From contig NC_086380.1 in assembly GCF_036588685.1 (NCBI RefSeq), positions 71,052,001-71,116,000 of the forward strand: a DNA stretch of 64,000 bases, read 5' to 3'. The translations under genes and the position numbers were made by a program. Source of the DNA: Mytilus trossulus (Eukaryota). Under the pieces are notes generated by a model. The model was not told where the DNA came from, did no database searches, and saw only the letters and a program-made list of their open reading frames with translations. Shown here piece after piece: positions 51,185 through 64,000 of this stretch (its first letter is position 1; every line of letters begins with the position of its first letter).

Positions 51185-51866
51185 AGGAGCCAGCTGGTTC
51201 TGTTTACGGCTGTCAACTTTTGTGTCACAAAAATGTTCATTGTTTTTGCCACGGTGCCGTCCTATCTTCAAACAAAACAATTAATTTTAGAATGACTTGA
51301 AAAAGTATGGAGAAAAAAATACATCATTTAAATGTATTTGCAGGCCCCTTTGAAGGTTTTTATGACTATGACAGCCATCTGGCACGCAAAACCCCATGTG
51401 CATGGTATAAATTATTGTATGTGTAAAAAAAGGGTTTATTTTTAAAGAAGAACATTGTCAACGTTGAAAGTTAAACGAAGGTAGATAATTCATTTGATTG
51501 ACTGATTCAATCCACAAAACAAACTTTCTTCTACAGGTTAAAACGATGATAAACATTAATTTTCCTCTATAATATGAAATTAAATAGACCTAGAAAATCA
51601 AACAGCATGAGTTTGCTTCAGCTATTTATATCTATATTTATGTTTACATCGCTTATATGGTCATCGGATGACTTTAGAGGTTGACTCGATAGTTAATTAG
51701 ATGCCCTCTAGACTAAAACACATACGAAACGTTCTTTCGTGCCTGTGTTGTATTAATTGTTTATTTTATACTTTTAATAGATAAAATATATGTTTTATAT
51801 TGTTATAAGTCAGTTATGAGAATTTGATTAAAATCGGTGAACATGAATTTGACAGCTAGTGCTCCT
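51185..51866. mobile_element. Degenerate TTAA-flanked TIR element (Kolobok-like)
   Basis: ttaa|AGGAGCCAGCTG ... CAGCTAGTGCTCCT|ttaa. Confidence 0.55.
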
Positions 51867-54800
51867 TTAACACGGAAACACAAACAGTCATTTTCAATTG
51901 CAAATTAATTACTTGTATAAGGTAAGATCATATTTGAAAATGAAAATTTTGAAAGTTTATTTCTGACAGCAGAAGCTTTAAGGCTTACATAATTTTCATT
52001 TCAAATACAAGGTATAATAAGTTTCAATGATATTTGATATAGATGTGCAGTTTAGTTTTCTGTTTTAATATTGGAAACAAATACGTTTTCATTTTTTTTT
52101 TAAATCCTGTAGTTCAGACTCTTATAAAATTCGGTCATTATCATGTTACCAAAATACTCTGCCATATTTTCAAAGATTGTTATCATAATATTATTGAAAA
52201 TAGATTAATAAAACGCAAGCCAATGCATTTATGAATTTTTGTTCAATATATTTTGAGAGAATACAAATTCAATGGGAATTACTGTCAAAAGATGCCAAAT
52301 GTCATTCTGTGAAAATATTTGTGATGCTATCAAAACAAATTACGGTTGCAAGGCAATAATGAGACAATTCTTCACCAGAGACCAAATAACGTTGACGTTG
52401 ACAACTATAAGTCACCAGGTACTTGCTAGTATTGCAAATATTTTTATGCAGAAATTTATGAAATTTCGTCATTGACTTTCACGTATAATTAAATAACCGA
52501 AAACATCAACATTATGTAATTAGGCAGGAACTGTCATAAAAGTGGCACACAGAAGGGAGCCTAAATCACAGGTCTGCTTTCTATAATAAATGTATACATC
52601 ACTATGAATCAAGAATAATATGACTTACTTTGCATACTACAAATAACTGTTCAATACATGCAAGCATGTGCAAATGTATCATAAACGGTAAAATTTTTCT
52701 GCATCAGAAGTGTATTTTCATATGATGAAATCATAATCTTTCAATCAGTGTAATTGAAGCCTGGAGCTGGCATGTCAGTTTACTGCTAGGAGTCTGTTGT
52801 TATTTATGTATAATTGTCATTTTGTTTATTTTCTTTGGTTACATCTTCTGACATCAGACTCGGACTTCTCTTGAATTGATTTTTAAATGTACGTATTGTT
52901 ATGCGTTTACTTTTCTACATTGACTAAAGGTATAGGGGGAGGGTTGAGATCTCATAAACATGTTTAACCCCGACGCATGTTTGCGCCTGTCCCAAGTCAG
53001 GAGCCTTGTTTCCTTGGTCGTTTTTCTTAACCGATTTATTGGATTGAACATCGGAAAGCTACTGATTGAACAAATAAATCAAAGTTATATGGACCATTAT
53101 GTGTTATGCCACAAGGATTTTTTGCAAATTATAACGAAATAGTGACGAACAAATGATAAAAGATGAAAACCAAAAATCAAACACTTATTTGAAAATCATC
53201 GCAAACCGATCAATCAAATTATATGCTACAAATACGACTAATGTCTTCTACAAATGTATCAATAGGGTGGACAAGATTGGCGATTCAAACTGTTGAAAAT
53301 TACAAAAAATGACTGTATCAATATTGAATTTATACACAATATCCTGACCGCTGGGTTGGTAATGTCTTCATCCACGAGACGTCAAATATCCGGTGGTTGA
53401 AATCTTTATTATAAGTATATCTCGTATACAAAATAAATAAAATTTAAGCATAAGGAACATATTCGCTGTCATATCTGAAACGGATATTCCATTATAAGTT
53501 GTATGAAACATTTTTTTACAGATATTTGTAGCTTCACAAAATACGTTTCTCTCAAATTGAAATAAAACTGTTTGTTCACAATATATTCAAAATTAAAAAT
53601 GAAACGAACGTGATATCAATCAACGAACTCATATCCTGACTATATTTGTGCTGTTATCAGCAACACGAATTATGCAACTGCTTACCTAGTCATGAGTTAA
53701 TGGGGCAGAAAGACTGAAATTGACACCACATAGTTTTTGCAGTTCACATCGTGAGTTGGTTGACCACTACGATATCACTGTGTTTCAACTTGCTAGCGAA
53801 ATGAAGATTTATTATTATGGATACAAGCGAAAGTCGTATGATCTATAGTGTTAACAATTATGTTTTATTACCGTTTGTGACATTTTGGGTGACTTGTTAG
53901 TTCAAATGGCGAGAGGTGCATGTGTAGCAGACTTGTTTTATTTTGGAGTTCGTGCGATTCCCTCATTTGAGTATGTTATCTTAAATAATAGATTTTGAGA
54001 GATTTGAATATTGGTATACTCCTGTTGTCTAAAAGAGAAGTTATGCTAAATCTAAAATTATTCTATATCTACTTACTAACATCCTTGAGATGTGTAGATG
54101 TTAATAAGGTGTAACACCACTAGTTCAGGCCCGGCTAGAAAGCACATATCAGAAAGTTGTACAAATTTAACCCAAAATAGTTCCTACGCATGAGTGTAAC
54201 TTTCAAAATATGTAGGATATTTAGGTATTTTTGGCATCAAAAGAAAGCTGAAGGACTGGTGATCATTGTAGAATACTTTTGGACTTTAAATTTTAAATAT
54301 TAAAAAAACTACACCAAATTTTAAAAAGAGGGTACATTTGGTCTGTTTGTCAGATCTGAAGTACCTGTTTTAGTACATCCGAAGTTCCGGGAACCAGTTC
54401 TTTCTTATATGCCATGTAAGGTATGCTGATTTTTTCAGTAGAAGACAACATGAAGTGTTGCTTTGACATGCAATGATTGCCACTTTATTTGAACTTAAAA
54501 TGAAAGAAGTGTGCCTGGTTGAAAAGGAGGAATTTAACATAGAAAGTAATGGGACCATGAATTAGTGGTGTACTTCCATAAGATCAACAGCTAAACTTAA
54601 AAAAAACTCCTTTAGAATTAATTTACGTGGAAGTTAAGCATCGTGTAAATATCTTTCCAAATTAAACTGTTGCTAATATATATTCACACCAAAATTATGG
54701 GTGAAATAGACATTTTAGTTCAAGTAAGTAAATGTTGACAAGATAAAAATGATCGCGACAAGGTTACTCCGCAAGTGACCTTTGTGTACTAAGATTTTAT

Positions 54801-57800
54801 ATTAACGTGTTCAGTTATCAATAAAATAAGCATGTATTTGGAAATAGTGAATAAACTTACCATTTTGAAATTTTTAAAGGGGAAATAATGGTTTTTATTT
54901 TACATCTATTTTCATATATGTAATGTAATAAAACTATTATTATTAGAACCTTGACCTGTGACAAAGTTTGTTATGCTATTTACCCTCAGGCTGTTAAAAC
55001 ACCCTTTTTCAAATAAAACTGAAATACACAAATACAAATCCAATGTTTTCTCATTGCCGTGTCAATGTTAAACATACTAAACAAGCAAACATCTTTAACC
55101 TGCAGTAGGTTACTGAACTTATTTCAATAAAAGTTATAAATATTGAATTTGTTGAAATATACTTGTTTTCGTGGTTTGATAATATAGATTCTGAATCAAA
55201 AGTTTTAAATTCTGAAGAAAGAAAGATAAGATCACAAAATATTCGAGTGCAATAGTCATGTACATGTTTATTAAATATATGTCAATTTTGAGAAGTTTAC
55301 AACTCTAATTTCCGTTTTATCAAATTTAATTTGTATGACATTTTTTTCATTTTTATTTATTTATTTTGCCCATCATTCGCTTTTGTTGTTCTTCTGTCAT
55401 TCTAAGTTTTTTTTTTTTTTTTTTGCCTTTTACTTTCTTTTCGTTTCCTTTTTATATCATCGGGAAATTTTTGTTTTTAAGTTTAAAACAAAAATAAGCA
55501 TGGTTATAGTTTATGGAATAGTTTTATGAAATTCAGAGTATTTTCAAGGAAATTCATCAACTTTAAGTATTGCATGCACATGAACATGTACGAATTATTC
55601 CCTGAGCTTTAGAGGTGCAGTATAGACCCACCGGGCAATCAGAAAAGAAAGGATAGGTATTTGTATATTGTATATTATCATATGTATTATAATATTATCG
55701 AGTTTTCATTATGTTTTTTTTTTGTTTATGTATTTGCCATGACCAAAATTGGTTTTTTTTTGTTTTGCAAATAAAGAATTATATTAATATTTTAATAGTC
55801 TCTGGTAATTCATCATAGAATGGCGCTTGTTTAAGTATTCCAGCTTAAAATAATATGATATTTTACTGTAAGTTTTAATATACTAGTATATGTTTTATAT
55901 ATGTTTTTCCAATATTGTATGTCATACGCAATGTTTTATATATATATTTTAATGTATAACTTTATAAAAGTAGTGAGACTTTTATAAAATAGTGCATCTT
56001 GAATCTATTTGATTTAAAAAAAATTACTTCAAATTATCTTTTTATTTGTGGTAGGTATACGGTGATTAGGAACCATAAAAAGACTTTAATGTCTTTGAAT
56101 CATTTTAAAGTATTGCATAAGATATACATGATATAGAGTAACAGCTTCGTTATTCCAATTTGTTTCCTACGATAAAATAGCAGATGTTCTTTCATGTGCG
56201 GGGGCTGACAGTGTCACGCTTTCGGGATGTAGTATTTGGGAAGTAAAAAAGGTAGAGATAAGGTTATAGGGGAATAAAAAAGTGTGGATGTGGAATAGAG
56301 GGGTAACTGACAAGTTGGATTTTGAAAAAAAGAAGGAAAAAAGGTGGAAGAAAAATTATTACAAAAAGAAGGATTTGGAAAATGAGCTACCCCATGTCCC
56401 CCTCTTGCTATGTTCGAAGGCTTATTAGTTATGTTTGGAAATAGTTTTAAATCACAAGTTAATCACAGCTATTCCGAATCATTTAAAGCGAGTGGTGATA
56501 ATAAAATATATATATGCATCATATTTTGCAGCTGCTATTTACCCATGCATATACATCATACTAATTATAGCTGCAAGTATTTACATTATTATCACAACTC
56601 GCTTATAAGCTACAGATGATAGTCATAAAATCATTCTTTGAATCACTAGGATCGGCTTTGGATTTTGGAAATAATCAAACTTCATAAAAGGCTTTGCTTG
56701 AATTAAAAATTATGAATTATCACGGAGCTACAGAATATCAAAGTGATTAAAAGAGAATGTTAACATTCTTTAGTGGGAAATACTGGCCTGTCAATTCAGT
56801 GAAATCCTTAATTATGATACCCTCTGTCCAGATATTCATATTACCGATTTTTGTCTTAAAAAAATATAAAAGTTTTCGACAGGTTACCTACTCTATGGTA
56901 ACATAATATAGTATTCGATTGAGTATGAATAGCTGAAAGAAGTCAAATTGAAGCTTAGAGTAAGAGAGGTCAAATCTTGGGAAAGAATTATTTGTTTTTC
57001 GATTCGTGAAAAGAAATATGGTATTTGAACTTGAGGAAATACATTAAAAAAAGCAATTTCAAACATCACGTTTTCAAATTCGTCTCGGCTTTTTAATGCG
57101 ATACGGAACATTCCTACTTATTTCATATATCAATACAAAATTCAATAGAAGATGTCATCTTGTATTTGAAAATAATAGAATGTCATATTTTGAATAGGTG
57201 TCATCTATGTTTCTGTGTTTTTTTTAAAAGAATGTTTTGCAATACTTGACGTATCAATGCATTAAGAAATCTGTGATTTTACAACTGATAGAAATAACAT
57301 TCACATAAATGGGTTTGCTTCTAGGGGAGATAAAATTAAAGTAATATTGATGTTACGGCAAATAAATCACATTTGGCGCCGTTTTGAGAAATATGGAGAA
57401 AACAAGAGTATTATTTTGTGTTTTTAAGTTCATTTTGTTTATAACCGCGATAGGTGTGAATAATGTTTGGCCAGTGAAATACATACAGGATAGCATTGAA
57501 TTATAGGACGAATATTCACAGTACAGTTTTACGACCCAGATGAAATGTAAAATAATAAAAGTAAAAATCGCTTTTCTGACTGCATATAATTTCATTCCTT
57601 TTCGTTTTATAGATAACTCTTCTTTAAAGCAATTGAAATATTGTTGATGCCTCCGATTCGTATTCTGCTAAACACACATTTAATTTATTATATAACAACA
57701 CTACATGTATGTTTCATATAATACGTTATTTTTTGGTCGAATCGGTTAGAAGCAATATCAAGTCATTCTGATATTAACCTTCATTTCAAAATGAAATGTA

Positions 57801-60800
57801 ACATTCATGGTGACACGAGCTTTCACAATCAAGTGCACAGGTATTTAAAAGAAAAACATGAAAGAAATTATGTTTTCGTGATCATAGCAACATGTAAATA
57901 TTGGTATTGAATGCTTCTTTCTAGTAGTTTTATAGGGTTGTAAAAGCGTTTACTGTGCGTACATTTTTAGAATATTTTTTTTCAAAGTTTTTACATTCCA
58001 ATAAATTTACAAAATATGTACAATCCAGTACAACCGATATTTTTCTCCAAAATGCCTCACTCTGGATGTATTTGCATTTTTCAAAGCAGAATGCTGACAC
58101 AAAAATTGCAACATAAAAACAAGAATTGCCATATTGAAAAGCATGCACAGTCACATGGCCCACTAGGAAGACAGCCAGACTAAGATTAGGAATGCCTTGT
58201 ATACCAATTGGCATTCTCTTGATTTTTCGATTCCAAATTCATTTTTATTTTCGGTCTGTTATAATGAAAAGTAATTTCATCGATTCAAAGACTGTGTTAG
58301 TTTTCTAACTGAGAACAGCTGAGTGCTTAGTAAAAGAGAATACAAGATAATTATTGGGTGTTTGACTTGCAATCTCCACTTGTTATACTACTTAACCTGT
58401 CTAAGAGAATCTATAACTTATGATATATTGTAATTGAAATAATGTTATAAACATCAAACCAACATAATGTTGTAATTTTCACTGTTGAGAGGATATCAAA
58501 ATATTACGATAGCATTGAAACAATATTGCTAACATTTGTATGTTCTTGACAAGGTGAAAGTTACCTGAAGGTAAATGAACTCATAGTTTCTGGTAAATTC
58601 ATCCATCACTTTTTTTTTCATTTTCGAGACTATTTCAGGGATGAAAAATTGAGTTTCTGATCTTTCTGGGGGAACGGGCTTATTATGAGGATTGAAAATT
58701 TATAATGTGTTCATCTTGTTCTGATACGGCTTATCTATCCCCACTCTGTACATTATGTCTTTCATTGTCCTGTATGATGCGTAAGACTGTTAATATGCAT
58801 CTAGTCTTGGGCAAAATAATGTTCCCGTTATTGCCAGAATATTCGTCTCTAAAATAATCCTGTACCCTGCAAGAATTTCAAATGCTCATCCCTAAGAGCT
58901 AAACATATTCAAGACAGCTGTCTACTGTTGTAGCTGTATGTTGCTTCTCGCTAAAGGTCCAACAAAACATTTCTTAAATTCCTATACACATATAAAAGTC
59001 GATTATTTTATTTTCAAGATATAAGATTTGTTATAGAAACAAAGAAATTCTCTAGGTTTGATTGTTTAAAGGTCAGTAGCAAATATTTTGTGCAAATACA
59101 TTGTACATGACAGAAAGATCATTTTCGACACCGGAATGAGTTCATCAGAGTTCAGATAAACCCAGAACAAATCAAACAAAATTACAGGTCCCTGAATTTG
59201 GATAGGTACGTTTACAACATTTTTTCCAGAGTATACAAATGCCAATTTTAAAATACTCAACCAAATTGACCAATAAACAAAAGGATTTCAAACAAATGAA
59301 ACCAAAACTCAAAGTTATCAGTATTAACACACAAAAAAGAACACAAAAGATACAATACTGAATTAAAGAAAATTGTCGAATTTTAGCAGAGCAAACACAA
59401 TGTTCTTTACAACAGACATTGAAATCTTGTTTTCACACTTCAAATAATATCGGCTGATGTTCTCCTAAATATGCTTCATCATGCCATTTTTGCCAATGAA
59501 CAAAAAACCTGTTACCCGTCTGAAGGGCGAAATGCTCAATGCTTTTTAGAAGCACGCGTTGCAAATTTCGCCGCAATTCGACCATCAGTAGAAATTAAGG
59601 AAAAAAACCTATTCACAATCAAAATATTACAGTGAATTATTAACCTCGAAGACAATCATGTTTACAAATATCTGATTCATTCTTTCTGTATAATCCTGTT
59701 AATTCGTGTTCTATCCGAGTTTTTAACCACGGATTAATATACAATCAGATCTAGACAGATGCATGTCATCAAAAGATATCCTAGTTAAGGATGGATTTGA
59801 GATATATACGTGTAAAGAATGCCTGTACCATATTTACTACAACAAACTTTAGAATGTTCTTTATAAACTGCTTTTATCTGTTTTGATTCAGACTCTACCA
59901 AACTAATTATTGTAGGGAAAACGGTAGTATTAAATTTCCCAGTATAATAGGCCTTTTGTGTACCCGAGGCAGATGAAGGAAGTCAAATTATGAGCTCTCT
60001 GATTGGATGTTAGGGTACAATATATTTTTATTTATCTATCATGAATAACTGCAGTGTTTATATTTTTAATATAAATTTTGAAACCTATTTTGTAGAGAAT
60101 TATTCGAAAGACTTCCAAAATTTCATAAATTTGGTGTAAAATGACGGTAGGCCTTGATAACATAAACAAACTCCGTTGGAAGTTGGTCGTGATACTATTT
60201 GGCTTTAATTTTTAAAACAGAATAATAAAGTACTAACACAACATATATCTGTTTTATCCAGGTTTTTTATCTTAAAAAGTGGTAAATTAAGAAAATGTTA
60301 GTATTGTAGCCTATGGCAGAACAAATAGTACCATTTTCCTATAAATAGAAAATAATCTTTCGTATATTATAAAATTAAGAACAATGTCGGAGGTATTTTA
60401 CCATTCGGATTAATAAATGCAAATTATAGTAGAAAAAGAACTTAGACATTGATTTTTTTTTAGGTTTAGAGAAATTACAGAAAGACCAGTCTTATTTACA
60501 GACTCCAAGTTGACCTTTCGATGTTTTTTTTTACCTATATTGTTTAATTCCTGCCACCTAAACGTTTTCATTATGCATATCATATCAAATCTCAGAGCAT
60601 TTATATACCGTAAACCAAAAACAAATTTAAGTAAATAAAATTGAGTATGGAAATAGGGAAATGCCGGAATGCGTGAAAGACAACCAACACAACCAAACAG
60701 CAAAACAACCGAAGCCCACCAATATGGGTCTTCAACACAGCGAGAAAATCCCTGCGCAACCGAAAGCGAGCTTCAGTCGGCCCCTAAATGTGTACTAGTT

Positions 60801-61924
60801 CAGGGAAAATTGAGGACATACTTAACTCTAAACTGTATAAATAAACTAAAATTAAAAATCATTTAAGACTAACAAAGATCATAAGCTCCTGACTTGGGAC
60901 AGTATTTTTGTATCTGGTTTCAGTTGCTTCTTTCCAAAACTATTTGGATAGAATTCACATCGATACCACGTAATTATTACATGCTTTGCAACTAACAGGT
61001 GAAGTTGTACATCCTGAACGCGTTTGTATTCTGTACTTATCATAACTGTGTGTATTTATCATTACCTAAGTTTCCGGTGAGCCATCGTCTTGTATTTTTA
61101 ATGTATAAATTTTACTTATCTTTATCGGTGAGCCATAAGATCGTCTTGCTTTATATATTAAAAGAAGCGAGATTATCTTGTGTTTGCAATTCTTAATTGA
61201 AATTCTCTTCGAAGACAAAAACAAATAATGACATCCTTCAATTAAAGTGTCAAAATATCACGATTCGATTTAATCGTTATTTTATCTGTAAACGTCTTGG
61301 AATGCTAGCGATAACGAAGTATCGGTATAGTTTAATGAGTTCTACGCATGCTCAAGTCATTAAATTGCATGACTAGACGTGAAGACAATTCACATGTTTT
61401 AATAAGCAACATGCTTTTTGAAATTCTGCTGCAGACCTCATCCTCGTTTTAACCTGTGCACATGTAAAGGTGCGATAATTACATCACTTTGTAGATAATT
61501 AGACAGTAATTTGTATGAGTAATGTTACTGTTGCCTGCTTGTACTAATAGCAGTAGGTATTAATTTCCGAGGTTTCTGTTAATTCAATCTAATCAATTTA
61601 AGCAGCTTAAGTTTAATGAAATAAAACAGTCAAACAAGTTTAGGATAAGTAACTTTCTATAAAGAAAACCAAAACAATTACGCATCCAAGTTAAAAATCA
61701 TATCCAGTACAAGCATAAAGAAAAAAGTAAGCACCAAGTTAGATTCATCTTCGCAGAGTGAAACATCAGAATCCTAGTCTTCTGATCTGAAAATCTGCCG
61801 ATTGTGTGATATTTCGTTGTCGTGGCATTTTGGGGTCGGTTTGCAGTCGTTTTACATGTGATGCATGCATAGCAGGAAACGCTTATTTTGCAGGACTTCA
61901 AATTTTGTACTGTTATACCACTGT

Positions 61925-62275
61925 CCCATGTTAGGAGGATGGTTGGGATACCGCTTACATGTTTAACCCCGCCACATTACTTATGTATGTGCCTGTCCCA
62001 AGTCAGGATCCTGTAAATTCAGTGGTTGTCGTTTGTTTATGTGTTACATATTTGTTTTCCGTTCATTTTTTTTTACATAAATAAGGCCGTTAGTTTTCTC
62101 GTTTGAATTGTTTTATGATTGTCTTATCGATGCCTTTTATAGCTGACTATAAGGTATGGGCTTTGCTCATTGTTGAAGGCCGTACGGTGACCTATAGTTG
62201 TCAATATCTGTGTCATTTTGGTCTTTTGTGGATAGTTGTCTCATTGGCAATCATACCACATCTTCTTTTTTATAT
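61925..62275 (+). mobile_element. Near-complete copy of the most abundant short interspersed repeat in the window
   Basis: cctgtcccaagtcagga..ttgaaggccgtacggtgacctatagttg..gttgtctcattggcaatcataccacatcttc. Fragments in both orientations at ~10890, 12100, 12840, 13020, 23900, 38045 and 63845. Confidence 0.7.
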
Positions 62276-63284
62276 ATTCAAGTCGTGTTAGCTAATTTGG
62301 AATTAATGCGATTTTTCTATATTTACTGTTTTTATAGGTAACTTAAATATATTTCTCATCTGAAACAACTAAGCAAATTAAAGCTAATAACTAATTCTTT
62401 ATTTCATATTGTCTACAGTCATGTACAATGTTTTTAACATGCTTTAAATGTGTTCATTTTAAGATAGGCTGTTTGGATGGACTTTTTATTTGTAAAACAA
62501 AACAATTGAGGTAGAACCGTTTAAAAAAAAAAAACTTTGAAGAAGCCATAAAACAATACATTTCTGCACTCGTTATCATTGAAATAAGTACTTAGGTAGC
62601 GTTGATACATCCCTTGTTATTGCTCGTAAAACCCCGTGACGCCTCGTAAAACTCCACGACTTTTTGTAAAATGTTCAGGACAATAGCAAGTTATGTAATT
62701 CGTTGAGTATCCTTTAATTGACATATTACCTTCACTTAAGCTAGTGCAGCTGGCTAAAAGAATAAACAGGTTCTTAATGAGTTTTGTAATGAAGTCAACA
62801 TTTAGTTTTTGTTGGTTTTTTTTCTTTTGTTGTTCTGTTGTTTGATTTAAAATATAAATACAAGGAGATGAGGCTGTATGAGTCAATGACACATTAACTC
62901 GTATACAGAAACAATTCGGCACTGCTCGGCATATTGAACATTTAGATGTATGGTAACGTAACCTTCCGAGGTTTGTCGATTACGACACAAACAACCAATA
63001 AACACATGGTAGGCAAATTACCGTCTTCGAGGATACTTCTAAGTTCTTGTATGACATGAATGACGATTATTGTTTTGATTGAAATTGACCGTCTCATAAC
63101 ATTTTCGATTTAAGGAATATATATATCCCTCACGCAAAACTCTAAATCATTGTCCGGATGTGGCTATTCTTTAGGTCATTTTGCTTGACCACCTTCATCG
63201 TTTATACAGGCTTTGGATTTTCAAATATTTTGGTCTCTAGCAGAGACATTAGTTGTCGAAATGCGTATCAAGTACCGTAGCATT

Positions 63285-63610
63285 CCCAGACAACATGAGT
63301 ATGTTGGCCCAACATTGGCACAATGTATATCATTGCATTGGCCCATCGTTGTATTTTAACGTTGGCCCAACGTATAAGTGCAAAGTGGGCCTACGTTGGC
63401 CCAACATGATGGCTTCATGTTGGCCCAACGTTGTACTGTTATATGCAATACATAGAGCCAACGTTGGCCCATTGTATGAAAAACGAAATCCATGTTGGCA
63501 CAACGTTGGACCAACGTAGAAATATCTTCTCTTATGTTGGCACTATGTTGGTCCAAGGTAGGTATTTCTCATTTTTATGTTGGCAATACGTTGGTCAATT
63601 GTTTCAACCA
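63285..63610. repeat. Array of palindromic (A)CGTTGGCCCAACGT-like motifs behind a CCCAG terminus; probable subterminal repeats of a DNA transposon end (EnSpm/CMC-like)
   Basis: At least 8 degenerate gttggcccaac motifs with irregular spacing, starting cccagacaac. Confidence 0.6.
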
Positions 63611-64000
63611 AATTACAATGGATGCTGCATGAGGGGCTGTATATGATAAATACTCTGGAGAACTTTGATCTTTTTTTATTGTGTTCCAAACTGCCAAAGT
63701 TTAAGGTAGCAACTCTGTATTTTTGTATTACCCATTGTTGTTACTGTCCTTGTTTTTTTCATGAACTCTGCCTCTTTAATTTTATTTATTGTGTGACGCC
63801 AAGATATTTCTTTGACAATGTTTGATGGATCGACCAGATAAACTCTGTGTCATTTGCTGTTTTGTAAAGAGTTGTCTCATTAGCAAGCATACCACATCTT
63901 CTTTTTTCATATTAATTTCATTTATTTCTTTAACAGAACAAATGACGTATGGCTTATGGTTAGGCGATCATACAAATAGTTTTTTCGGAGATGTAATTTT

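Noticed and set aside
63285-63610. CRISPR array
   Set aside because: Eukaryotic context, repeats too short and degenerate, irregular spacing, and no cas genes.
1-64000. tRNA/rRNA genes and intact transposase or RT ORFs
   Set aside because: None recognised by eye. tRNAscan-SE, Infernal and BLASTx would be needed to exclude them formally.

Overview
AT-rich eukaryotic (animal) genomic DNA, most like a mytilid bivalve such as Mytilus. That assignment is inferred from gene family and repeat content, not from a search. The left ~46 kb is a tandem cluster of eight C1q-domain-containing (C1qDC) genes and pseudogenes, numbered 1-8 left to right. Seven are on the minus strand with a 3-exon plan joined by phase-1 introns: signal peptide / coiled coil plus linker ending in a conserved KRLL motif / globular C1q domain. 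One (gene 2) is a divergent 2-exon gene on the plus strand. Genes 2, 5, 6 and 8 splice into intact ORFs (195, 313, 320 and 322 aa). Gene 1 is cut by the window edge. Genes 3 and 7 are clear pseudogenes. Gene 4 has two frameshifts but an intact C1q exon. Genes 5+6 and 7+8 come from an ~11 kb tandem duplication. Introns and spacers hold many non-autonomous DNA elements, several with filled versus empty sites between paralogues (TTAA-target elements, an 8-bp-TSD hAT-type element). There are also retroelement tails. The right ~18 kb has no convincing intact gene. It holds a MITE palindrome interrupted by a 522-bp copy of nearby DNA, a possible decayed gene, and a palindromic-motif array at a transposon end. 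Gene models were read by hand from splice signals and paralogue comparison, with no transcript evidence.
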